Shown one piece after another: positions 40,676 to 49,985 of a stretch of DNA of 64,000 bases. The stretch lies in contig OY759599.1 of NCBI GenBank assembly GCA_963662465.1, positions 1,408,001-1,472,000 on the forward strand, given 5' to 3'. Numbering within the stretch: position 1 is the stretch's first letter; every line of letters starts with the position of its first letter. This DNA is from Desulfatiglandales bacterium (GTDB lineage Bacteria > Desulfobacterota > DSM-4660 > Desulfatiglandales > Desulfatiglandaceae). Under the pieces are notes generated by a model. That model was not told where the DNA came from. It saw only the letters and a program-made list of their open reading frames with translations, and made no database searches. The position numbers and the translations under genes are program-made.

Positions 40676-41494
40676 ATGACAAGAATGGCGGTAATTCTTC
40701 TGGTAGGTCTTTTGGGTTTCTTAGGATGTAGCGGCAGTGATGAGGGTACGGCCATCTCCACCGGCCAAACTACCCCCGTTGTACCGTTTGGCAACACAGA
40801 CTCCGTAACACCCACGTATGAATGGACACCTGTTCAGTATGCCACCCGGTATCGTCTTCTGGTGCAAGATGCGATCCAGGATTCCACCACACAAGATTCA
40901 GCTGAAACCTACCTGATTGATGAGTGGTACACTGCGGGGGAGGCGGGATGCGATTCAGAAGATGGTTTGTGTATGGCAACACCCGATACGGAAGTTCGTG
41001 GCAAGTACATTTGGATGGTGATCGCCTGTGTGGATGACAACTGCGGAATATCGAGTGATGCACTGCCATTCAGCGCTGGAAAAAGTATGTTGACACTCAC
41101 CAGGTTCAGCGACTTCGGTGATGGCACGGTGTTGGACAATAACACGAAGCTTATGTGGACCCAGAATTCAACTCCAGTGTCGCCGCTTAAGTACGCGTGG
41201 GCGTATCACTGGTGCAAAGATCTTACGTACGCCGGCTATGATGATTGGCACCTCCCATCCCTTGCCGAACTGAACAGTTTGATTGATAGAAGTCAATTCA
41301 ACCCGGCTTTGCCGCCGGATCATCCCTTTATTAATGTGCAGCTCGACTACTACTGGTCGGGTACTTATTATGACCCCAACCCCAACAAGATATGGATCGT
41401 GAGTATGATAAACGGGGTGATGACCTATACGTACGACGGGGCAGAGCGTGGCGTGTGGCCGGTGAGGTGGGGGGGCAAAATTGACATCAAATGA
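40676..41494 (+). CDS. Lipoprotein with C-terminal DUF1566 (Lcl) domain
   Basis: Lipobox FLGC; GDGTV.D..T.LMW, GYDDWHLPS..EL.SL, YYWS.T, VWPVR. Confidence 0.9.
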   Translation: MTRMAVILLVGLLGFLGCSGSDEGTAISTGQTTPVVPFGNTDSVTPTYEWTPVQYATRYRLLVQDAIQDSTTQDSAETYLIDEWYTAGEAGCDSEDGLCMATPDTEVRGKYIWMVIACVDDNCGISSDALPFSAGKSMLTLTRFSDFGDGTVLDNNTKLMWTQNSTPVSPLKYAWAYHWCKDLTYAGYDDWHLPSLAELNSLIDRSQFNPALPPDHPFINVQLDYYWSGTYYDPNPNKIWIVSMINGVMTYTYDGAERGVWPVRWGGKIDIK

Positions 41495-41846
41495 CAAGCG
41501 GAGTGGGGATGGGAGGAGAAGGCTCCCCCGACGCCGAATGTCTGGTTGATTACCCGGATAGCCTTCTTCAGATTCCATTTGATACGTAAGGATCGCTTTC
41601 AAATCTACATGACCGAATTGACACCACGCCATTAAGTCTGTTATATTTTTTTAGTTCCAAGGAACGCCCGTCTTGTTATCTTAAGTGGGTCGGAATATTG
41701 GTGGAACAATACCGTGTGTAATCCTTGGATACTGCTTTATGACGAACACGCTCACCTCTTGATTCATCCATTTAGCCAAGAAGGAATGGTCAACTTCATG
41801 AAACTTCCGTATTCAGCTAAGAAAACAACGCTTTGAGGCAAGTAAC

Positions 41847-42656
41847 ATGTCGGCCAGTCATATCCTGACCCCCGGATCGAATCAGCCCATGAAACCATTA
41901 CGTGTTGTCGTCGTGGATGACGAACCTTTTGCCCGGGAGAATATGCGCGATCTTCTGGCAGTCCACAAAGAAGTGATGGTTGTGGGCGAGGCAGGCACCG
42001 TGGATGAAGCCCGCCGGGTACTTTCCCATATACGGCCGGACGCGGTATTTCTGGACATCCGGATGCCCGGCGGCACCGGCTTTGATGTGCTTTCGGGTCT
42101 TGAATGGCCGCTTCAGGTGGTTTTTGTCACGGCTTATGATGCGTTTGCCATCCGCGCCTTTCAGGTGAATGCCGTGGACTATCTCTTGAAACCCATAGAC
42201 CGGGATCTCCTGGCCCAGTCCGTAAGGAGGCTCGCATTCCGAGATTCCGTCGATGCCGTCCCAAAGGGACCTCAGGACGGAGAATCCCTCCCTTTCCGCC
42301 TGGATGATTCGGCCCTAGTGCGTGAAAATACCGAATATGTTTGGGTCCCGTTGCGGAATCTATGCGCCATCAAGGCATACGGGAATTACACTGAAATCAT
42401 TGACGCGGAGAACAGGACCTATCTCTTTCGCAGAAGCCTGAAAGACTGGCACACCCGACTTCCAGCCCCGCCGTTTCAGAAACTGGACCGTTCGCTGATC
42501 ATCAACACCGATCAGGTTTCGGGCTGGCGATTCCATGAGCGCCGAATGGAAATGGTTTTCAAAAACGGGGATATCGAGATCTTTTTGGGGCGTACGGCCT
42601 CCCGACGGTTTAAATCATCCATTTTAAATGGGATTCCCGTCGCAATCGAAAATTGA
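41847..42656 (+). CDS. LytTR-family response regulator
   Basis: VVDDE, FLDIRMPG..GF, FVTAYD.FA..AF..NAVDYLLKP; LytTR-type C-terminus. Confidence 0.92.
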   Translation: MSASHILTPGSNQPMKPLRVVVVDDEPFARENMRDLLAVHKEVMVVGEAGTVDEARRVLSHIRPDAVFLDIRMPGGTGFDVLSGLEWPLQVVFVTAYDAFAIRAFQVNAVDYLLKPIDRDLLAQSVRRLAFRDSVDAVPKGPQDGESLPFRLDDSALVRENTEYVWVPLRNLCAIKAYGNYTEIIDAENRTYLFRRSLKDWHTRLPAPPFQKLDRSLIINTDQVSGWRFHERRMEMVFKNGDIEIFLGRTASRRFKSSILNGIPVAIEN

Positions 42657-42670
42657 ACGCCTGACGCACC

Positions 42671-44782
42671 ATGAATCTGCGATTGAAATTTACCATTCTG
42701 ATCGGCCTGGCCATCACCGCCGCGGTCGTCCTTGCCACATCCACGGTCTACTGGATTGCCAGGGAGGAACTGGAAAAGGAAGCGGCCCACCGGCTGCAAC
42801 AGACGACCTCGCTGATCAGCACCCAGGTTGAAGCCCGTTTCGAAGCCCTCTTACGAAGCGTGGACGTCTGGGCCCGGACGGACCTGGTTCAAAAGGCCCT
42901 TCTGAACCCCCATGACCCTGCCTTGATTGACCGGGTCAACCGGACTTTTGCCGACATTGTCCAAAACGAACCCGTTCTTCAGACCTTCAACCTGTTTGAC
43001 ACCCGGGCGGCCGTTGTCGCCTCCTCCATCTCCGAACGGGTCGGTCTGCAGGTTGCCCAGGACGTGGTAAAGGAACGTGAGGATTTTCGGACCGCTCTTA
43101 CGGGAAAATATGCCGTCAAAGGACCGTTCATGGGACTTTCAAGCGGGCAACCGGTCATTTCCCTGGCTGTGCCGGTAAAGGCGGAAGGGAATGTCATCGG
43201 CGTCTTGCGCCCCGTTATGGGGATTGCGGATTTCAATGAAAAACTTCTCAAGCCTCTCATGAAGGGCCTGGAAGGGAAGCTTCTCATCTTTGCGCCGGAT
43301 CTTGATACGGAGCGGAAGATAAAGCCCGTTGATCCGACCCTTGTGATCGAGACGCCCTATGTGGCGCCGGGCATCCCCTCCATACCGGAGATACAACGGA
43401 ACAACAAAGGGATTGTTGAGTACACGAGCGGCGGCGTAGAGCGCTACGCGGCATTCCAGTGGATGCAACAACCCCGTGCGCTGGTGGTGGTGGAAATGCC
43501 CCTTCGAGATGTCTTGGCCCCGATCCGGCATATTCAATACGCGACGGTTGTTATTGTAGTGATTATGGTGCCGTTCATCTGGGTCCTGGCGGGAATTGCC
43601 GTCCGCCCCCTGCTCTCAAATCTGCGCGCCTGCCTGCAATTTGCTCGGAGCATTCGGGATGGGCATCTTGAAGAACGGATCCGGGTCAAGAGCCGTGACG
43701 ATGTGGGTGAACTGGCCGCTGGTCTAAATGAAATGGCTGAACGTCTGGAACGTCAGCAGATCGCCCTCAAGGAGAGTGAACTGAAATACCGCTCCATTTT
43801 CGAGACCACCGTGGAAGGAATTTTTCAAGCTTCCGGGGATGGGCGGTTTCTCACCGCTAACCCGGCATTAGCACGAATTCTGGGGGTTGACAGCACCGAG
43901 ACGCTTTTCCGCCACAGGGTGCATGAATTCCATGCCCATCCCCGGGACCGTGAAATCCTCATGGACGAATTCCAAAAGGAAGGTGAGGTCACAAGCTATG
44001 AGTTCGATATCCGGCGTCCGGATGGCGAGATCCGCCGATGTCTTTTTAACGGCCTGGCCCACATGGATGAAGGGGGGCGTTTCACCATGATCCAGGGCAT
44101 TCTCCATGACGTAACCCGGGAACGCCGGGCCGAGGCCGCGAAAAGGCATGCCGAGACCGCCGAAAGGCTGGCCCTCCGGGCCCGCTTGCAGGCCCTCCGC
44201 TACCAGATCAATCCGCATTTCATCTTCAACGTCCTCAACACCATCGACGTCCTTTCAAGAAAGCGGCCCGAACGGATCCCCGACCTGCTTCAGAAACTGG
44301 CCTTCTACCTTCGCTACACCCTCCATCCCAAGGCCCAGGGGGCGGTGTTGCTCCATGAGGAGGTACAGTCGGTCAAAGCCTATCTGGCCATTGAAAAGGT
44401 GCGTTTCGAAGACCATCTGGAGGTGGCCTTTGACATGGGTCCGGGTGCGACCGGGGCGGTTCTTCCCGATATGGTCCTTCAGCCACTGGTTGAAAACGCC
44501 ATCAAACATGGCATGCGAACCAGTGAAATGCCGTTGAAGATCCTGATCAGAGCGGAAATCAAAGACGGATATCTGTACATCTCCGTAAGAAACACCGGAC
44601 GCTGGGTTGAAGCCTCCACCGGTGCGGCCCGCCCCCCCGTAGGCCTGACAAATCTTCGCGAACGCCTGGAGGTGTTTTACGGCGATGACTTCTCTTTCGA
44701 GACGTCCGTGAAAGACGGCTGGGTCCGGATCGCAATCCGCCTTCCCCGAACACCCGTATTCTCCTTTCAATCCCCTGAGTGA
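42671..44782 (+). CDS. LytS-type sensor histidine kinase (Cache-like, HAMP, PAS)
   Basis: Two TM segments; QINPHFIFN.LN; YLAIEK.RF; LQPLVENAIKHG. Confidence 0.92.
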   Translation: MNLRLKFTILIGLAITAAVVLATSTVYWIAREELEKEAAHRLQQTTSLISTQVEARFEALLRSVDVWARTDLVQKALLNPHDPALIDRVNRTFADIVQNEPVLQTFNLFDTRAAVVASSISERVGLQVAQDVVKEREDFRTALTGKYAVKGPFMGLSSGQPVISLAVPVKAEGNVIGVLRPVMGIADFNEKLLKPLMKGLEGKLLIFAPDLDTERKIKPVDPTLVIETPYVAPGIPSIPEIQRNNKGIVEYTSGGVERYAAFQWMQQPRALVVVEMPLRDVLAPIRHIQYATVVIVVIMVPFIWVLAGIAVRPLLSNLRACLQFARSIRDGHLEERIRVKSRDDVGELAAGLNEMAERLERQQIALKESELKYRSIFETTVEGIFQASGDGRFLTANPALARILGVDSTETLFRHRVHEFHAHPRDREILMDEFQKEGEVTSYEFDIRRPDGEIRRCLFNGLAHMDEGGRFTMIQGILHDVTRERRAEAAKRHAETAERLALRARLQALRYQINPHFIFNVLNTIDVLSRKRPERIPDLLQKLAFYLRYTLHPKAQGAVLLHEEVQSVKAYLAIEKVRFEDHLEVAFDMGPGATGAVLPDMVLQPLVENAIKHGMRTSEMPLKILIRAEIKDGYLYISVRNTGRWVEASTGAARPPVGLTNLRERLEVFYGDDFSFETSVKDGWVRIAIRLPRTPVFSFQSPE

Positions 44783-44989
44783 AAGCCCGGCTGATCCGGC
44801 CCTCTCCGTGTTCGGCCCGTTGGTCCCCGGATTCGGCCGATTCGGCCCAAAGTCCTTGCATGGGTCCTTTTTGACCGTATACATTAAGGGTCTGATACAC
44901 GGAGCAGGCGGACGGCCTGTAAATTTATGGAACCGCCTGCGGGTAATGGGACTTTTCATTAAATGGCCAACACAAAAAAGGAGAATCTC

Positions 44990-46990
44990 ATGGGAAACAA
45001 TAGAGAACAAATGTCAACACGGAGGCGCGGCTTGACAAGGGTGTTGAATGTCTTCATTTGCGTGATCCTGACCCTTCTGCTCGCTTCTTGTTCCGATTCG
45101 GATAACAACACCACGAATACAACACCGGAACCACCACAATTAGGGACTCCCCCACCGGAAACTGAAAGTCCAACGTTTATGGAGACGCACTACAGAACGG
45201 GGCACAACTCGTATTCGGGCAACCTGCATAATGGTTATCGGGGCAGCATCATCCAGCAACTGGATGCCGGCCTGCGGTTTGTGGAGCTCGATATCCATTT
45301 GAGATTTAATGATGAAGGTAATGTTGTATTTAAAGTGGGGCATGACGACCCGGGGAATCAGGTCGACCACACCAATGGCAATCCAGGCTCCTCCGACTGT
45401 CAAGACTGGATCTCTGTGGTGAAATACTGGGTCGACAACAATCAGCCGACGGAGCCGGTCATCCTCGCCTTTGACTGGAAAAGTGGTTTTGATAAAGATA
45501 ATGAAGAAGACCAGTCAGCGATCCAGACCCTCCACGGCTATTTCACGAATAACACCCATAGCACCTATTTGTATCCCAAGGACTTTGATGTCGGGAACGA
45601 AATGAGCCAATATCACACGCGCATTATGGTGCTTCTGTCGGGTAACGAAAGTGCCCGCGAGTACTATCTCAATAACTACTGTTTCAGCGATTCGAAGTGT
45701 TCCGATACCAATGCTCCCCCAGTCGCGCAAATGTTCGTGGAATACCAGCCCGACAATGACAAAACACTTACGGGGGATGAGGGGGAACTCTTCTACGCCA
45801 GAGCCTTCAAGGATGGCGGCTGTGACTGGGCGAAAGAGATGGAAGGTAACCATTTCACCAGGTTGTGGCTGCTTGACAGCCCCTGTGATCCCAAGGTTCC
45901 CAATTTGCCCGCCACCAATTTCCCATACTTTGGATGGTATGCCCGGTACATAGAGGACCTTTCCCCTATTCCCGCGTTTGATTCTCAAGACGTAGCCTGG
46001 TGCTGGTTGGACCCCCGGACTCCTGGAAAGGGGAGCAACCCGGATGTGGCGGTCAACAATCTGGGGTTTGTCGTTGAGGTTCATAAGTCTCAGAACGGAG
46101 ATACCCTTTGGTGCAAAGCCGGGAAGATAAACGGCAACTCCATTGACTGGCGTTCTGAAGATAAGCAATACGACGGAAACGGTCAAAACCCCTCCGTGGT
46201 TCTGACCGACACAAACCTTGTGGTCGAAATCCATTCTAATGGTAGTGGCGACCTGTATTACAAGTGCGGCAGACTGAACGCGGGCGACGGAAGCGACGGG
46301 TCGTATACAATCTCCTGGGCCAAAGGTGAACATGAAGCCCGATGGTATGACGATGGGAAACATCCCTGGCTTGCCATCAACGAAAATAACACGGTTGTGG
46401 AGGTCCACGAGGGCTTCGATGAAGGGTATGGTCACTTGTGGTATAATGTGGGCACCGTCCATGATAGCGACGATGTGAAGTCTATAGACATTACCTGGCA
46501 TGGAATCGGGGATGACTATCGAAAATACTATGACGGCTTAGGAGCACGTCCCACGGTTGCCGTCCATGGCAATCTGGTTTTCGAGGCCCATAATGACCTC
46601 TGGACTTATCCTGAGGTTACTCTGTGGTGTCAGATCGGAGAGCTGGATTCAAGCGGCCAGAGGATCAACTGGAAAATACCCGGATTACCCCAGGACAGCG
46701 CCTATGCCTATAAAACTACCTACCCCTATCCCATTGACCAGCCAGGCAGCCGGTATCCAACCGTAGCGCTCAATTCAACCGGGGCACTGGAGGCGCACAT
46801 GGCAGGTAGCGACATATGGTGGCGGGCCGGAAAGCAAAGCAACTCGGTCATGGCGGTAGGTCCGAACGAGAAAATTGGAGCCAATGCCAGTGGAACCGAG
46901 ATTTCCATAGATGCCAGCGACACCCATGCGGTGCTCGCCTATATCAGCGGGGAGAGCGATATTTACTACATGGTCGGCGACCTGGAGTGA
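44990..46990 (+). CDS. Lipoprotein with PI-PLC-like phosphodiesterase domain and beta-repeat C-terminus
   Basis: Lipobox LASC; HNSY...SI.QQLDAGLRFVELDIH; repeated G..P.VA....VVEVH units. Confidence 0.8.
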   Translation: MGNNREQMSTRRRGLTRVLNVFICVILTLLLASCSDSDNNTTNTTPEPPQLGTPPPETESPTFMETHYRTGHNSYSGNLHNGYRGSIIQQLDAGLRFVELDIHLRFNDEGNVVFKVGHDDPGNQVDHTNGNPGSSDCQDWISVVKYWVDNNQPTEPVILAFDWKSGFDKDNEEDQSAIQTLHGYFTNNTHSTYLYPKDFDVGNEMSQYHTRIMVLLSGNESAREYYLNNYCFSDSKCSDTNAPPVAQMFVEYQPDNDKTLTGDEGELFYARAFKDGGCDWAKEMEGNHFTRLWLLDSPCDPKVPNLPATNFPYFGWYARYIEDLSPIPAFDSQDVAWCWLDPRTPGKGSNPDVAVNNLGFVVEVHKSQNGDTLWCKAGKINGNSIDWRSEDKQYDGNGQNPSVVLTDTNLVVEIHSNGSGDLYYKCGRLNAGDGSDGSYTISWAKGEHEARWYDDGKHPWLAINENNTVVEVHEGFDEGYGHLWYNVGTVHDSDDVKSIDITWHGIGDDYRKYYDGLGARPTVAVHGNLVFEAHNDLWTYPEVTLWCQIGELDSSGQRINWKIPGLPQDSAYAYKTTYPYPIDQPGSRYPTVALNSTGALEAHMAGSDIWWRAGKQSNSVMAVGPNEKIGANASGTEISIDASDTHAVLAYISGESDIYYMVGDLE

Positions 46991-47137
46991 AACATGCCGG
47001 GCCGGCCTTAGTCGCTCATGACAGGAACATCGCCACCCCTTCCGAACGGGCCTGGGTTGGGAGTAAGCGATCAAAGGGGGCTTTATGCGTCTTTTTAGAG
47101 ACACACTCAGACTTGCAACATAATGAACCCAACCCTG

Positions 47138-47547
47138 CTATTCTGCAATGTCCCGCAGATCTTTTTCCAGAATCAGAAAAAGCGGGTCCGCTTTGAGACG
47201 GTTGGTCATTTTACCAAGGGCCTCGTCTGACGGGCTTTTTCCGGTGTTATAGGTCACGGCGCCGGGCAGATATCCGGTCCGACTGTCACCGGTCCAGAAG
47301 TCGTCCACGACAGTGATATCCGTATCAAGGGGTGCATCGATGAGTCGGTTCAGGTCATCTGTGCTCACACTGCTTAAAGCACCTGCACGAATCTGAATGT
47401 GGTCGAAGTCCCAGACCACGCGAAAGGCCATGTCCAGCGGGTGGTTTTCTGCATTGCCGATGACAATGACGGTCTGAGTAAAGGCCAGGGACGGGCAGTT
47501 GTAAATGAAGTTCCCCGCATCCGTTATGATTCGTGTCCAGCCACTGT
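47138..47547 (-). pseudogene. 3' fragment of alpha/beta-hydrolase lipoprotein, internally deleted
   Basis: Matches 58290-58623 and 58799-58883; deletion at CAATGAC microhomology. Confidence 0.9.
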
Positions 47548-47744
47548 ATTTTTCGCAAGCGCCGCAGGTCTACCTTGAAATCCTCCCGCCCCAGCCCCCG
47601 CTTGATCACAATTTCCCATATACTGGCAACACTGAAATACAAAGTGTTTTCGGGTGTCGTCAAAAGAGTGCGGGCCGAGTCGGAAAGTTTTTCGGGCTGC
47701 CCTGCGGCCCATAGAAGGATGTGCGTATCCAGTAGCAGTTTCAC
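47548..47744 (-). pseudogene. vapC copy, 3'-truncated
   Basis: Matches about 34793-34988. Confidence 0.9.
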
Positions 47745-47989
47745 GTGGATTTTCCTTCAAAAAGTCTGATAATTTCTTTTGCCCCAAAGGAATCGAAATC
47801 GTCCGGAACCTCAATTTCTCCCGACATGAAACCCAGTTTTTCGGTCCCTTCCAGATCTCCGTCCGAAAGGGGCAAAACCTTGACCATGGGCTTTCCCGCC
47901 TTGGCAATGATGAACACATTTCCCTGCGCGGCCTCATCGACCAGACGGGAAAGGTGCGTCTTGGCTTCATGAATATTGATGGTTTGCAT
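47741..47989 (-). CDS. Phd/YefM antitoxin (second copy)
   Basis: Protein identical to 34985-35233. Confidence 0.9.
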   Translation of the reverse strand: MQTINIHEAKTHLSRLVDEAAQGNVFIIAKAGKPMVKVLPLSDGDLEGTEKLGFMSGEIEVPDDFDSFGAKEIIRLFEGKST

Positions 47990-48145
47990 GGCGCACCTCA
48001 ATGGGAGTTGGTTCAGTAAGGTTAGTTTACTGTCTGTAGCCAGGGATCGTCAGGATAATTTTTCGGCGGATCCCTGGGGTCGACCACGTTAACACTAAGA
48101 TTTATCACAAGAGGACCCCATAATTTTCAGTTATCCTCTGTTTTT

Positions 48146-48169
48146 CAACCGTAAACCGTGAACGGTTAC
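48146..48169 (-). mobile_element. Isolated IS66-like terminal repeat (GTAACCGTTCAC)
   Basis: Reverse complement GTAACCGTTCACGGTTTACGGTTG at the start of a vapC fragment. Confidence 0.45.
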
Positions 48170-48310
48170 AATATGGGAAACCATGATCTTGCTGGAAAAG
48201 GAAGAATCGTACTTGATTTGTCCCCGAAGGATTGGATAAAAGAAGCACTTGAACAAAGTCCGGTGAAAGAAGCAAAATTGTCATATGAGATTGCTGTTAG
48301 AAGCCGACTG

Positions 48311-48465
48311 GGTTCATCGCGGATTAACGTGAAATCGCGCTTTGAGATTGTTTCGGTTCGGGCTGTAGGTGCGACTTCAGTCGCACAGGGTCGGCTTAAT
48401 GTGCGACTGAAGTCGCACCTACAATCGGCTCAGAAGCCAAATCTCACGCGAATCCACGATGAGCC
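48311..48465. mobile_element. MITE with 8-bp TSD (GCCGACTG) carrying a GTAG-type REP doublet
   Basis: TIRs GGTTCATCGCGGATTAACGTGAAAT / ATCTCACGCGAATCCACGATGAGCC; inner GTAGGTGCGACTTCAGTCGCAC...GTGCGACTGAAGTCGCACCTAC. Confidence 0.92.
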
Positions 48466-48497
48466 GCCGACTGATTGAACTTTCACATAAAGATTTT

Positions 48498-48645
48498 GGG
48501 CTTGGTCCTAACTTCGCCAACCCGGCAATGAATTGCCGGGCTATTGTCTGTCGGCCTTATAGGGCTCTCACAGTCCCGTAGGGACGGCAGGAAATAGCCC
48601 GGGGTTTCAACCCCGGGGCTAATGGGCGAGATAATGACCAAGCCC
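48498..48645. mobile_element. MITE with 8-bp TSD (AAGATTTT) carrying REP-like hairpins
   Basis: TIRs GGGCTTGGTCCTAACTTCGCC / GGCGAGATAATGACCAAGCCC; hairpins CCCGGCAATGAATTGCCGGG, GTCCCGTAGGGAC, CCCGGGGTTTCAACCCCGGG. Confidence 0.92.
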
Positions 48646-48719
48646 AAGATTTTGCCGGCCGCTTTATGGCAGCAACTGCATGGGAGTCCAATTTGAGACT
48701 GATGATCGTGGAGGTTGAA

Positions 48720-49985
48720 ATGTTTAAATTTATTCACACAGCCGATATTCACCTGGATAGTCCGTTGCGCGGGCTGTCTCGTTATGAATCCGCTCCCGCG
48801 GAATCCATTCGCAACGCATGCCGGAGAGCTTTTGAAAATCTTGTAGACCTTGCTATCGAAGAGGCAGTTGCTTTCGTTCTTTTAGCAGGTGATCTCTACG
48901 ATGGCGACTGGAAGGACTACAGCACCGGCATATTTCTCAGCCGGCAAATGGGTCGATTGGGGAAGCACAACATTTTGGTTTTCGCTGTCGCCGGAAATCA
49001 TGACGCAGCCAACCGAATGACCAAAGCTTTGGATAGCCCTTCCAACATGAAGATTCTATCCACGAGAAAAGTGGAAACGGTCAGGCTGGACGACGTCGGT
49101 GTTGCGATTCATGGCCGCGGCTTCGGCGCTCAGCATGTTGACGAAAATCTGGCCGCGGGTTTTGGCGCCGCCGAAAGGGGCATGTTTAACATTGGGCTGC
49201 TTCATACCAGTCTCGATGGCCGGGAAGGACATGCCGTTTACGCGCCGTGTACCATAGATGATCTCCGTTCCAGGAACTACCAATACTGGGCCCTGGGACA
49301 TATCCACAAACAAGAGTTTGTTTCCGAAGATCCATGGATCGTATTTCCGGGTTGCATTCAGGGACGCCACATTCGCGAAACCGGTTCGAAGGGGTGCGTA
49401 CTTGTTACTGTCGAAGACGGTACTGTCTCCGAGGTGGAAAAAATACCGTTAGACGTGCTGCGATGGACGCAGTGCGACATTGACCTGACGGATGTTGAGG
49501 AAATCCGGGAGGTCCTGGAACGTACCCGAAAGGTCATTGAAAAGGAACGGGCGTCGGCCGGCGATAGACCCCTCGCTATGCGGATACGATTTCAAGGCGC
49601 CACCACGATATCCGATGAGCTGGCTGCCTATCCGGAACGGCTTGAACAGCAGATCAAGGCACTTGGCGCGGAAACCGCCGGCGACGAACTGTGGATTGAG
49701 CGCGTGGAAAATGCGAGTACGGGCAAGCTTGATCTGGCATCGACTTTGGCTGATGACACCGCGTTTGGAAAATTACTAAAGGAGATTTTGGCTACGCCGA
49801 ATAGCGCCAATGAGATTAGCGGTTTGAAGGACAAGGTTGCCGAACTCAGACAGAAAGTGCCATCGGCGGCATTTGGTCCCGATTCTGTTTTGAACCTGGA
49901 TGAAGACCAGACGGTTAATCGTCTGGTCGAAGAGGCAAAGCATATGCTGATCGGCAGGTTGCTGGCGGTGGGAGGTGCGAAATGA
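48720..49985 (+). CDS. YhaO/SbcD-like DNA repair exonuclease
   Basis: FIHTADIHLDSP, AGDLYD, GNHD, YWALGHIH, FPG..QGR; GGAGG RBS. Confidence 0.92.
   Translation: MFKFIHTADIHLDSPLRGLSRYESAPAESIRNACRRAFENLVDLAIEEAVAFVLLAGDLYDGDWKDYSTGIFLSRQMGRLGKHNILVFAVAGNHDAANRMTKALDSPSNMKILSTRKVETVRLDDVGVAIHGRGFGAQHVDENLAAGFGAAERGMFNIGLLHTSLDGREGHAVYAPCTIDDLRSRNYQYWALGHIHKQEFVSEDPWIVFPGCIQGRHIRETGSKGCVLVTVEDGTVSEVEKIPLDVLRWTQCDIDLTDVEEIREVLERTRKVIEKERASAGDRPLAMRIRFQGATTISDELAAYPERLEQQIKALGAETAGDELWIERVENASTGKLDLASTLADDTAFGKLLKEILATPNSANEISGLKDKVAELRQKVPSAAFGPDSVLNLDEDQTVNRLVEEAKHMLIGRLLAVGGAK

Larger units (their letters stand above)
48171..48705 (+). pseudogene. vapC fragment (copy of about 3972-4187) interrupted by two MITEs
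   Basis: Alignment to the first vapC resumes after each insertion. Confidence 0.88.

Noticed and set aside
45515..46501. Long antisense ORFs (also 31262-32098, 50830-51615, 54237-54986, 62924-63724)
   Set aside because: Shadows of well-supported genes on the opposite strand.
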